Notes: generated by a model from the letters alone, not told the origin. Positions 1 through 10,174 are shown, counted from the stretch's first letter. The stretch is 64,000 nucleotides of DNA from Bigelowiella natans CCMP2755 (GCA_000320545.1 ADNK01000619.1:1-64000), one strand, 5' to 3'. Numbers and translations: made by a program.

Positions 1-526
1 AAGGTAGACTTGCATTTGGCTCGCACATGTTAGCTAGCATGTACCATGTGCGACCCACATGCCACATAGACATGGCTACCGGCCATGTCTATGCTGACGT
101 CAGTAGATGCAGAAAACGTGCTGTATGTTTACCGATGCACGAATGGGCGCATGTTATACCAGTCACCATGCTATGTACGTACACCTCTAGACCTGCTGTG
201 CATGCTGTTGTTGCCACATATTCACCGAACATGTAGCAAGACATGTGCATTAGGCAGTTCGTTTATTCAGTCGTTGTGAGGCGTTGGCGTCACCATCAAC
301 GTATAAATCTGCGCCGAATTTATGTATACACTTCTAGACTTGAAGCCTTGTACGTGGACTAGAGGTAGAAGTCTAGTAGTAATGGGCAACGCATAGCTGC
401 GACACATGTAAAGCAGTGTATGAAGGTGCTGGTGTACGGAGACGTAAGTAAATATACTGAGATCTATGTTCTTTGATAGCTATATTACAGCTAAATTGTC
501 TGAATTCATCATACTTCAAACTCATT

Positions 527-2856
527 TTATCTTTCTTGAGCAACATCCATAGTTACGACAAGTCTTAGATCTCCATTATTCAAAGGAGGTGATCTGGAAT
601 ATGAACACAGAGACGTGATATAGAAGTAACGATAGCAAAATGAAGTGAGAGAAATGTATTTACCGATGTAAAGCCCCTTCACATCCGTTCCAAGCTGCAC
701 CTAGCAATTGAGCAGGAAATTGTACATAAAGTATGTTTACACACAACATATGGATGAAAGCTCTTATTTTCAACATTGAGTACAACCTTTCAAAATGATT
801 ATCTCTCCAGGTTCAGACGAACTAAATTCAGCACCAGGGAGAACGGCGAGTTTATTATATCTGTATCACATCCTTCAGTTAGATTAACGAACCAAAATCG
901 AATCGACTTTTCATGTACCCGTCGTGGGAGATTCTCCGCACAATAAACATTCTATAAATTCCTGCAAAGTTACCCAAATATCTTAGGGGGAGAAAACACT
1001 TAAGAGCGCATGTATAGAACTAGAAAGGATACTACCTAAGACATCCCAGTTAGGTCCCTGCACCACGGATTTGTTCGGAACGAGCATTGGATTTGAGTAC
1101 CCTTTTGTGAGATAATCCGTTCCGGGTCCTACGTATGTGGCATAATTACAAATCGGATTCCGTTAGATTGTATTCTCTGCGATGTAGGATGTGATCAAGA
1201 ATGTAATAAAAAGAAAACGCATCGTACGGATGAGAATATTTCAAAAAAATGCTCTATTTTTGATGAACTTTACCTTTGTAAGTGACGAGAAGACGGTAGG
1301 GTACATTATCTACGTGGTACCTAATTTGTTGATTACAAGATCACACAATGCCGATCGATCCGTTTGTGAACGAGGACACAAACACAAAGAAATATGTACT
1401 AGTATAGTTGTCTCACCTCGGGCACGTTTGCTTACGTTTAAGCTCAAACTAGAATTAACAACAGAAGAATATTATTTTTAGCAAATTTTCATTTTTGAAA
1501 TACCACACTGTATTCTTGTCAACGTTACAATGCAAAGCTACGAATCATTCTCGGAAATCATCGCCTTATAGTCGATCACATATTCTCTAACCTTGACTTT
1601 GACGTTTTGAATATTTCCTACCTCAGCAAAGTCCCTGGTATCATCATATCATTTCTTTTAAAATCTTTAATATAAAATTCATGTGCTTTGGGTATTACTT
1701 CATCAGGGTCACAATGTCACGCCCGATCTTTGCTTTCATATCTTCGCATGGCAACGATCGCAGAAGGGAGTCAATACCCTATTGGAAAATCGGTTTTGAA
1801 TTTTGAGAGCAACGGTGTATCACAAGATGACCTACCTTTTTATCAGGGTCCGATGCCTTAAAAACATCCTGATAGCTGTTAAAAATTCATGCATATTGAA
1901 TAATGTGAGATTTATCATCACTTCGATGGTACGAAGGGTTCCTTCAATATCATATGAAATCGCAACAATTCTCCGAAACTATAGCATGATTAGTTCAAAA
2001 CCTAAAACTGGACGTTGAAGAAAGTTTTGATGTGTCCAAACCGAGAGAATCCCTTTTTTCCGAAAGATATACCATATTTTCTTGGCGGAATTTCTCGAAT
2101 CGTGAGCCACCCCCCGTCTTCCTCATTATCCTAACACCGTCACACGGTAACGGATTTATCGTCTTCAATAGCATGCTACCATAGCCTAAGACGAACTTGG
2201 AGAGGTTTTCAAATGAAGGTAACTCCAGGCCATCATTGCGTTGGATCGCTTCAGCTGAAGGAAATCCCAGCTCGTTGAACTTCTTATCCGCAACCTCTAG
2301 TGCTTCCACAGCCAGTTTTCTCTCCACTAACTTTGTCTCCTTTTTTCCCCCATGTCCATGAGAATCACACGGACACGGGCAATCTCCGTCTTTATGCGCA
2401 TGCGTACTACTGTGATGGTCGTGGTCTTGGGAAGCCGCTAATTTGAGTCTCGGTTCACTAAAAAACACCCGCATCATCAGAATGGATACTTGGCATCGAT
2501 CACATCGGAAGGAAAATGGAGGTGTGTTCTGGAGGTACAAACGGCCGCAGGTGATAAGGGGCGGCAGGATGGCGAGGCATCATCATCATCATCATCTGTG
2601 CAATGTATACCCTACTTGTGGCCACTCAGTGGCGGGATGGCTACCTGTTCATTGTCATCTTTCTTTCGGGTTGTGACGATAGTCGTCTGAGAGTGCGATC
2701 GAGTGCGATCCAGCTACGATGTAAAAATCTAGCGCATTTTTCCTCATTTTCATAAAAATAAGTTGTCGCATGCCTCCATTTGCAACCAGCGACGCATTCC
2801 TTCTCTCGGCGGCACGAACATCGTCGCAAAACTCTTCGCAGAACCGACCCGAGCAT
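527..2856 (-). CDS. DUF1826-family protein with a His/Cys-rich N-terminal region; multi-exon, 5' end uncertain
   Basis: Manual splicing across short GT-AG introns gives FELKRKQTCPR|YHVDNVPYRLLVTYK|GPGTDYL...EIIILKG|AAWNGCEGALHR|SPPLNNGDLRLVVTMDVAQER* (TAA 527-529). This matches the DUF1826 pattern CPRFHVD..LRL..TY.GPGT..L / LKG..W....LVHRSP. ORF 1995-2540 supplies QDHDHHSSTHAHKDGDCPCPCDSHGHGG. Confidence 0.8.
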
Positions 2857-3054
2857 GTGTCCCAGGTTCGGGAATCGTTATGTCGCTATCCACAAGTCGG
2901 CTGGAAAAAAAAAATGTTTCACTGAGCACTTCGCTTTTGGAAAACTGGTTTGCGTCAATGTGTTGTTCGTGTCGTAGATCTCAATCCCCATGCATCTGCA
3001 AGTGGACTCACAAATGTGAACACGCTAGATGGTGCACCGCGTGCTGCATGTGCA

Positions 3055-3380
3055 TGTTGCGCGTAAGGTGTTCACAGGCCGAGGCGCTACGTGCACAAGT
3101 AGGCAGGGGGGGGGAAAGGCACGTTTGCTTCCTTTTGAAGAGTTGTGTTTATTTTTATTAAAGATTATATTTTTATTAAATCGTGCACTGCGTAATCATT
3201 CGCGAAGCTTTCGCGAATGCCGCCGCACGTGGGGCAGCACACTTCCGGTGTGCTGCCATGAGTCCCGCCGGAACCCACGTGCCTATGCTGTATTAATATC
3301 TACGTTATCTATATTCTATATCCGCGACAACCCCTTTGTTGTCGCACGTGACTTGTGCCCGCGTAGTGGTACGCGCTACA
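3055..3380 (-). repeat. 3' LTR (326 bp)
   Basis: Identical base for base to 8445-8770. Minus-strand ends TGTAGCGCGT...ACGCGCAACA form an imperfect terminal inverted repeat. AATAAA motifs on the minus strand at about 3150-3177. Confidence 0.97.
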
Positions 3381-3388
3381 CCTCCCCC
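3381..3388 (-). other. Polypurine tract (GGGGGAGG)
   Basis: Directly abuts the 3' LTR on the minus strand. Confidence 0.85.
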
Positions 3389-3431
3389 AAGTCACGTTGC
3401 TCCTTCCTTCCTTCCTTATTCCCTTAGACCT

Positions 3432-6400
3432 TCATCGCTTTCGGAACTTCACCAACCACCAGGTAATAGATTCCTCTCTAACCTTATCTCCTTTGTCGCT
3501 TACCCAGAACTCACCTTCGTCCTTAGGTTCGTGTCCATACCAGCCCTCTGCATCAAGGTCCCCCAGGACCTTATACCAGTGCTCAAAGGGTAAGTCGGGA
3601 ACAGCTAGGTAGAGTAGCTGATATTTTCCGTCCTTTATTTTCATAGCTACCCTCTCCATATTTCGTAATCCAGGGTAGCCTAGATAGACAATCTTCATGC
3701 GCCAATCGTCGTTCACCCTGACCTTATTGTTTCCATATTCCACATCGAACTTAGGTCGGGGTCCTAAACAAGGCATTGCTCGCTCCCACACAGTAGGGTT
3801 TACTTTAACATCCTCTAGGAGCTTCTCACCGATATCATAATTCTTTAGGTGACTGATGTGGCGCAAGGTGACCCTGTTCCCATCATAGATGTAGTACTGC
3901 TTCCTCCCCTTCCTCTCGGTAACCTTTGCAACGCCACCCCAGAAGGGGTCTTGTTTATTTCTCGATCTCAGATTTACCTTGGCCCTAACATACTGTCCTT
4001 CCTTTAGAACTCGGCCATCGTACGGGACCTTCTCGTCTTCGCTCTCGGTATCGTCGTCGTTGTCGTCGCCTTCTTCCCTCTCCTTATCCTTGATACCTCC
4101 CCCAGACGTGAAGGTGTCGTTTACTAACCCTTGTATCTTGTCTGGTGTGGTGCTATTTATCCTGCTTAGGTTGGCCAAGGTGCGGTGGAGTCGCTCTACC
4201 TTGGAGTTGGACTGGGCATAGTATACAGGTGAGGCATCAATATTAGGGTGTGGTAGCTGTAGAAGAGAGGTCTCATTATCCACATGTAACTTCTTTGGTA
4301 TCTTGTTTATGCTAACTTCATCAGGGATAGCCTGGAGCTCAGACTCCCAGGTACGGTAGCAGTTAGTAAGCCTCTGCTTATATAAGCCTTTGTTCTTCTT
4401 AGCAACGTTGACCTTGATAATCTTTTTAACCCAGCACTTTCCAGTGGCCACATCAACGAAGGTAAGGTAGTGATAGCCATCGTACTTATAAACATCAATT
4501 TGCACGATATCTAAGAAGTTCCTTGCTTTGATTTTCTTAGATGCACGGCTCTTGCTGGACTCCTTGGTGGCGACGCCTGCCGCCTTCAAGCTGGAGCACC
4601 TGCAGCCACGCAGGTATGTCCTTATCTCTTTTAGCTTGTAGGGCCAGTAGTAATGGTAGAGTAGAGCAGTGATATGGTTTTCTCCTACGTGTGCAGGTCC
4701 ATGGGCGGTAAAGAGAAGGGCTCCCCTGGTCCGCCGTGGCACGTAGGTACGCCTAACATTATTAGTGTATACATATATCCTATCACTAAGTACCTCATGC
4801 TTGTGTTTGTATTTATCCAGGTGTTCTTGAAGGTGCTGGAGCTCCTCTGGCTCAGGCAGGAAGTCGCCGTCCTCGAAGGTAATCGCGTTAACCATAGGGG
4901 TGACCTGGGTAGGGACTTTCTTTTCGAACAGCCTGCTGAAATAGTCAGCAAGCTGCTTGTCTCCTGGTGCGTAGACCACTGTCCTCTTGTCCCTAAACTC
5001 TTCCGTGTCCGCCCTCATAGCTGCATACTCATCGTTAGGCGCTTCGAGCTTGCGGTCGATGCCTAGGAGGGGCTTGTGGTCAGTCATTAAGGTGAAGCTG
5101 GGCACCGACAGCAGGTAGTATCTTAGTTTCCTCTGCGCCTCAGTCATGGCTTTATACTCTCCTTTTGTAGGGCTGTACTTGGCCTCAGCTGCTGTGCAGG
5201 CCCTGCCCCACACCCGTATGATCTGCTGGTCTTGGGTAAGTACAGCAGCCATACCTAGCTTAGACCAGTCTGTCCATAGGGTAGCTGGTCTAGTAGTGTC
5301 TAGCTTAGCATTCAATAGGGTGTTGCTGCATAACTTTATTAGGTTATCGAAGTGGGCATCAAGGCCAGCCTTGGCCCACACCTTAGCGAAGCTGAGGCCT
5401 ACAGAGTTCTCCTTCCGGTAAGCAGTAGTAAAAGCAGCTGCAGTCCTAGCGTAGGTAGGGGAGAACCTACGTAGTATCCAAGCTGCAGTCTGCAAGAATG
5501 ACTTTAACTCCTTTGCATTCTTAGGTTTAGGGGCTTGCTGTAGTGCTGCTACTTTCTCGGGGTTTGGGGTGATGCGGCCTTGCTCCAGGTAATATCCACA
5601 CCACTTGATTCTTGTAGCTAGGAATGTACACTTCTGCAGTCTAATAGTAAAACCGAAGTGTGCAAACCTAATAAATATATTTTCCAGGAGGAAGATCTGA
5701 GCGACGACTGTGTTGGTACATATTATGTCATCATCCACATACACAAACACAAACACCCACAACACAGACGCCATCCCATCATGTGTGTATGCCCTGTAGT
5801 TCTGACTACTGAACGCATCCCCTGATATGCTTAGGCCGTAAGGGAATACGACGAAGTGCCACTTCCTGTGCCTGCTGGAGAACGCGGTAATGGGGCGGGA
5901 GGTTTTGTGGATGGGTGTCTGCATGTATGATTCATTTTTATCTAGGGAAGAGTAGTATTTGTATCCTATGACGTGTTCAATAACGTCATCTATCCTTGGT
6001 GTAGGTGTCTGGATCCTCTTTATTACTCGGTTGTGGCGGATGAAGTTGTGCGCCAGGCGGAAGAAAGGGTAAGTAGGTTTCTTAGCTAGCACATGTCTCA
6101 CGTTCCATGGTGAGTTGCTTGGCTCTATCTTCCCTTCCTTTGCCCATTCATTGATCTGCCACTCTATCTTTTCCCAGTCCGCTTCCGGTCGCCTATGTTC
6201 TGGGTCATTGATGATGCACTCTTCGTATCCCTTCTTTAGCTCGATCTTTACTGGGGTAAGCTTGCTGGAGGGCTTCGTCGTCGGCTTGGTGATGTCAGAG
6301 TACTTCTCGTTTAATATTTTATTAATGTACTTTTTGCCTTTGTCGATATCCCAATCATCAGCTGGGGGGGTCTTGTCCAGTAGCTCCGTTATCTGTCGGA

Positions 6401-8405
6401 TGGTCTTGCCGGGGTTCTTCTTCCGTAGCTCGGTAGGTGTAGGTAGCTTGTTGTCCGCTAGGTCCATAAACTCTAACGCATTAACGCTTGACTCAGAGGT
6501 CCACTCGTCAAGCCGTATCATGTTCTGGCTGATGGTCCTGCCTGACTTCTTTGGCAACTTAGCAAAGTATATCTTGTGATTGTAGAATGATATGATCCCC
6601 CCTAATTTTTCTAGGGCATCCTGTCCGAGGAGTAGTTCCATGGATAAAGTCATGGCTACTCGGGTCTTGATTTGGGTCTCCGCGTCGCTGCCAGGTATCT
6701 GTAGCTTTAGCATTAGCTCACCGACGGTCTTCATGGAAGAGCTTCCGTCTGCTTGAGCATATTTACGTTCTTTCTTAGTCACTTGATCCAATAGTCCTAA
6801 CCTTCTTACTGTGCTTAGGCTTATGAAGGACTTCGGCATGCTGCCACTATCCCAAAGGGCAGGTAGTTTCTTGTAGTCTCCGTAGCTGTCTTTAACTTTA
6901 ACCTTGGTCATAGCAACTTTGATAGTCCTGTTAGCGTCTTCGTCATTAATGTTGCATACTCCTAAGTTCTTTATGTCGTCTAGGGTCATGGGCTTGTCTT
7001 GGTCCTGCGTTGCTGGTACTGCTGTCTTCGTCGGCGCCTGCTTAAGGTGATCTAATATTCCGTTTATCTGCTGCTGTATAGCATTGATACTGTTCTGCTT
7101 TTTGTTCTTATATTTATTGTTCTTCCCGTTGTTGCTGCCTTGCCATTTGCTGTTGTTATATCCTTGTCCTCTGCCTTTCTTTCTCTTTAACTTCTCGTAG
7201 TGTTCGTTGAGCTGCCTGATCGTCATCCTGGGTCGTCCTTCTTTCCTGTCTCTGCAGTCTTTAGCGGTGTGTTTCCCTTTACGTGAGCAGTATCCGCAAC
7301 GTCGGTTACCTTCCCTGTCCTTGTACCAGTCTCGCTGCGGCTTAATAGCGTTAATGTTTCCTATGCCAGGTACCTTAGGGCTGGTAAACTTGCGGTCCTG
7401 CTCCTGCTCGCGTAGGGATATAGCCTGCACTGCTGCCTCCATCGTGGTGTAGCCTTTCTCCGTAACGTAAGTGGATTCCTTTATCTTTAACTTGAACTCT
7501 TCAAACCTTGCCTGATCATCACCTGTGTTGTAATTAAAATCATGTAGTTCGTCGATCATATCCTGGAAGCGCGTGGCAAAGTCTCTAACAGGTTCTCTCT
7601 CATGCTGCATCATTGCTCTGTATTTTCTAATAGCCTGGGGTAGGGAGTTAGCATCCTGTTCATTTACAAAAGCCTTCATTATCGCCTCAACGTCTCGTAG
7701 CCCACTAACTGTAGTGTGTATTTTCTCTAGCTGCCTGATCCGGGTCCTGCCTGTCTCGTAAAGGTCCATGGCTTGCTTTATTATAGCTAGCCATTTGAGC
7801 TTGTCGTTTTCGGTGGGGTTAGGGGTAAAGTCGCAGAGTATACTCCTAGCGTTCTTCCACCACCTCCTTGCCTCACCTCTTTTCCCGTTGTATTTCGTTA
7901 TCATAACCGGTGCTGTTTTAACAGACATGAACTGGGTGTTCCGCTGTACCGGCTGCTGCTGCTTGACGGTGCTCTGGGTCGTCCCCCGCGAGGCGCCCAG
8001 ACCCCCGTCGTTCCTAAACAAAGCTGCCCACTCTGGAAGTAAGTCTGCTTCGTAATCCATGATGTCCTGCATGATAGCTGCCCAAACATCATGTGTCTGA
8101 TACTTGTATTCTATCGATACTTTCAGTTTGTCGTAGTTGCTCGCCCTGGGTCGCAAGGCTCGTAATGCCATTACGACCTTCTTGCTTTCGGCGGCCACGT
8201 CCTCGTCGTCCGCCTCGTAGAAGTTCTCCAGTGCCTCTGCTGCTGCATCTGCTTTCTTAATCCCGGGTGCTGGTCCCGGCGGTGCCTGTGGAGGTGTTCC
8301 TCCTCCTTCCTTAGCGTCCGTATCGCCCTTCCTTTCCTGTTTCTGCTCGTGCCCTTGCACGGCCTGCGAGCCAAAGTCCTGCTGTTCTTCTAGCTGCTGT
8401 GACAT
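3432..8405 (-). CDS. Gag-Pol polyprotein (1657 aa): Gag with Zn knuckle, aspartic protease, reverse transcriptase, RNase H, integrase, SH3/GPY-F-like region, C-terminal methyltransferase-like domain
   Basis: CGYCSRKGKHTAKDC knuckle; ALWDSGS protease; FPYGL and YVDD reverse transcriptase; WTDWS/TKGE/TDHKPL/LADYFSR RNase H; HGPAH..CRC zinc finger; QID/HVDNE/KVER DDE triad. Confidence 0.97.
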   Translation of the reverse strand: MSQQLEEQQDFGSQAVQGHEQKQERKGDTDAKEGGGTPPQAPPGPAPGIKKADAAAEALENFYEADDEDVAAESKKVVMALRALRPRASNYDKLKVSIEYKYQTHDVWAAIMQDIMDYEADLLPEWAALFRNDGGLGASRGTTQSTVKQQQPVQRNTQFMSVKTAPVMITKYNGKRGEARRWWKNARSILCDFTPNPTENDKLKWLAIIKQAMDLYETGRTRIRQLEKIHTTVSGLRDVEAIMKAFVNEQDANSLPQAIRKYRAMMQHEREPVRDFATRFQDMIDELHDFNYNTGDDQARFEEFKLKIKESTYVTEKGYTTMEAAVQAISLREQEQDRKFTSPKVPGIGNINAIKPQRDWYKDREGNRRCGYCSRKGKHTAKDCRDRKEGRPRMTIRQLNEHYEKLKRKKGRGQGYNNSKWQGSNNGKNNKYKNKKQNSINAIQQQINGILDHLKQAPTKTAVPATQDQDKPMTLDDIKNLGVCNINDEDANRTIKVAMTKVKVKDSYGDYKKLPALWDSGSMPKSFISLSTVRRLGLLDQVTKKERKYAQADGSSSMKTVGELMLKLQIPGSDAETQIKTRVAMTLSMELLLGQDALEKLGGIISFYNHKIYFAKLPKKSGRTISQNMIRLDEWTSESSVNALEFMDLADNKLPTPTELRKKNPGKTIRQITELLDKTPPADDWDIDKGKKYINKILNEKYSDITKPTTKPSSKLTPVKIELKKGYEECIINDPEHRRPEADWEKIEWQINEWAKEGKIEPSNSPWNVRHVLAKKPTYPFFRLAHNFIRHNRVIKRIQTPTPRIDDVIEHVIGYKYYSSLDKNESYMQTPIHKTSRPITAFSSRHRKWHFVVFPYGLSISGDAFSSQNYRAYTHDGMASVLWVFVFVYVDDDIICTNTVVAQIFLLENIFIRFAHFGFTIRLQKCTFLATRIKWCGYYLEQGRITPNPEKVAALQQAPKPKNAKELKSFLQTAAWILRRFSPTYARTAAAFTTAYRKENSVGLSFAKVWAKAGLDAHFDNLIKLCSNTLLNAKLDTTRPATLWTDWSKLGMAAVLTQDQQIIRVWGRACTAAEAKYSPTKGEYKAMTEAQRKLRYYLLSVPSFTLMTDHKPLLGIDRKLEAPNDEYAAMRADTEEFRDKRTVVYAPGDKQLADYFSRLFEKKVPTQVTPMVNAITFEDGDFLPEPEELQHLQEHLDKYKHKHEVLSDRIYVYTNNVRRTYVPRRTRGALLFTAHGPAHVGENHITALLYHYYWPYKLKEIRTYLRGCRCSSLKAAGVATKESSKSRASKKIKARNFLDIVQIDVYKYDGYHYLTFVDVATGKCWVKKIIKVNVAKKNKGLYKQRLTNCYRTWESELQAIPDEVSINKIPKKLHVDNETSLLQLPHPNIDASPVYYAQSNSKVERLHRTLANLSRINSTTPDKIQGLVNDTFTSGGGIKDKEREEGDDNDDDTESEDEKVPYDGRVLKEGQYVRAKVNLRSRNKQDPFWGGVAKVTERKGRKQYYIYDGNRVTLRHISHLKNYDIGEKLLEDVKVNPTVWERAMPCLGPRPKFDVEYGNNKVRVNDDWRMKIVYLGYPGLRNMERVAMKIKDGKYQLLYLAVPDLPFEHWYKVLGDLDAEGWYGHEPKDEGEFWVSDKGDKVREESITWWLVKFRKR

Positions 8406-8421
8406 TGTTAGTCAAATCGTT

Positions 8422-8439
8422 TCCCGTGTGTGGAAGCCA
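8422..8439 (-). other. Primer-binding site (TGGCTTCCACACACGGGA)
   Basis: Begins with TGG 5 nt after the 5' LTR. Complementary to a tRNA-like 3' end ...TCCCGTGTGTGGAAG-CCA (G discriminator; Glu/Asp-like, not verified). Confidence 0.7.
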
Positions 8440-8444
8440 AAGGT

Positions 8445-8770
8445 TGTTGCGCGTAAGGTGTTCACAGGCCGAGGCGCTACGTGCACAAGTAGGCAGGGGG
8501 GGGGAAAGGCACGTTTGCTTCCTTTTGAAGAGTTGTGTTTATTTTTATTAAAGATTATATTTTTATTAAATCGTGCACTGCGTAATCATTCGCGAAGCTT
8601 TCGCGAATGCCGCCGCACGTGGGGCAGCACACTTCCGGTGTGCTGCCATGAGTCCCGCCGGAACCCACGTGCCTATGCTGTATTAATATCTACGTTATCT
8701 ATATTCTATATCCGCGACAACCCCTTTGTTGTCGCACGTGACTTGTGCCCGCGTAGTGGTACGCGCTACA
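8445..8770 (-). repeat. 5' LTR (326 bp)
   Basis: Identical to 3055-3380; followed on the minus strand by the PBS and the gag ATG at 8405. Confidence 0.97.
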
Positions 8771-9096
8771 TGCAATGCTGGGTTCACAGAGTCATCAAGT
8801 TTGATTTTATAATTTGTGGGCCATTGCATCAGATCAAACATTGATTTGCAAGTGCACGCAACAACGACACGTTGGTTGATGCAAAGCTAGAAAGGTTGGC
8901 GCACATGCAACAACGACCCGCGATGCGATGTGTGGCCGCATGGTGGCCAGTTGCATGGACACATGTCTGACTGTAGATGTGCAACTGCGCAGCGGTTCAT
9001 TGCTTGCAGCATGCATGCTCCTGAAAAAAAACAGATAGAGTTTGTCAGCTTTGCATGCGCATGCATACATGCCAAATGACGAGCATTTTCTTTTTG

Positions 9097-10090
9097 CTAA
9101 TCCTTCCGTTTTCTCATTTTTAACTTGAGATTCATCGGGCGTATGGGCATGACAAGATTGTAACCAGTTGCAACCTTTCCTGCACCATCTTTGAATTCCT
9201 GAGTAAAAATGATGAAAACTGTTACAAGCGGCACAAAAACTGCATGGACAACACAGGGCGAGAACCAAGGAGTATTTGCTCAAAAGGTTCGTCACAAAAG
9301 TCTTGGCAATACAGCCACTTATCTGACAATTATACACCACATAAGGTCATTCCCAACAAGTAAAATTTGTCAGAGTAATGTCACCATGGAGCCTGGGCAT
9401 GATCTTGATCCAATTCCAAAGGGAATGAAGGGTTTCTTTTGCTCCATAAATTTATTGGATGAATTGGATGAGGAAAACTCTTTCGCTGCCAGCCCATTCT
9501 TGGAGAGGAATCTTCGGTAGTCGAAGGAATTTGGATTTTCGTAGTAGTGCTTGGATCGATGGACAAAGTGCATGTTAGTCATGAAGTCTGAATCCTGTGA
9601 ATACCAAATGGTGTAATGCTTCAATTGTAAATACAACAAAAAATTTAGTTAGTTAAAATTACTGCTAGACCTTGGGGATATTGTAACGCAGAAGTTGTTG
9701 AGGGACCATAGTCATTCTTCCAACATGCACCGGTGCGTACATCCTCAAGGTTTCTATAACCGTAGGCCTTTAGCCGAATGCTTGATTTTAGTAAATGTGT
9801 ATGTAGCAACGACCTTTATAGACTGCGTCAAGGATAGGAAGCTTCGTAATCTGCTTAAAATTAACTGTAGAAGCAGCCTTGATTTCCCTTGCCATTGCAC
9901 TTTGCATCTTCAAATAAGAGTAAAAAGTGGTCTTTCAGGACCAAATGTTGATTTAATTTGTAAGCCAGGTTGATACCTCTTTATCTTGTGCAATGTGAAA
10001 CAGCATCCAGCATACGATGTCTGTAAGTGGCCCTATCCTGATTGATGACAGGTTTAAGCTGACTAGTCTAACGATATATACATATTTATT

Positions 10091-10127
<37 letters not shown>

Positions 10128-10135
10128 GTATTTAT

Positions 10136-10174
<39 letters not shown>

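Larger units (their letters stand above)
3055..8770 (-). mobile_element. Full-length Ty3/Gypsy-type (Metaviridae) LTR retrotransposon
   Basis: Two identical 326-bp LTRs with TG...CA ends, a 4-bp target-site duplication TGCA (3051-3054 and 8771-8774), a PBS, a PPT, and one intact gag-pol ORF in PR-RT-RH-IN order. Confidence 0.97.

Noticed and set aside
3225-3282. Hammerhead-ribozyme-like three-way junction in the LTR (CTGCCATGAGTCC-CGCC-GGA)
   Set aside because: It lacks the exact CUGAnGA and GAAA core and an NUH cleavage site, and the resemblance is on the element's antisense strand.
3029-3427. Plus-strand ORFs through both LTRs (also 8428-8844) and antisense ORFs inside gag-pol
   Set aside because: They start outside the LTR or at non-ATG codons, have no domain features, and are shadows of the LTR or pol sequence.
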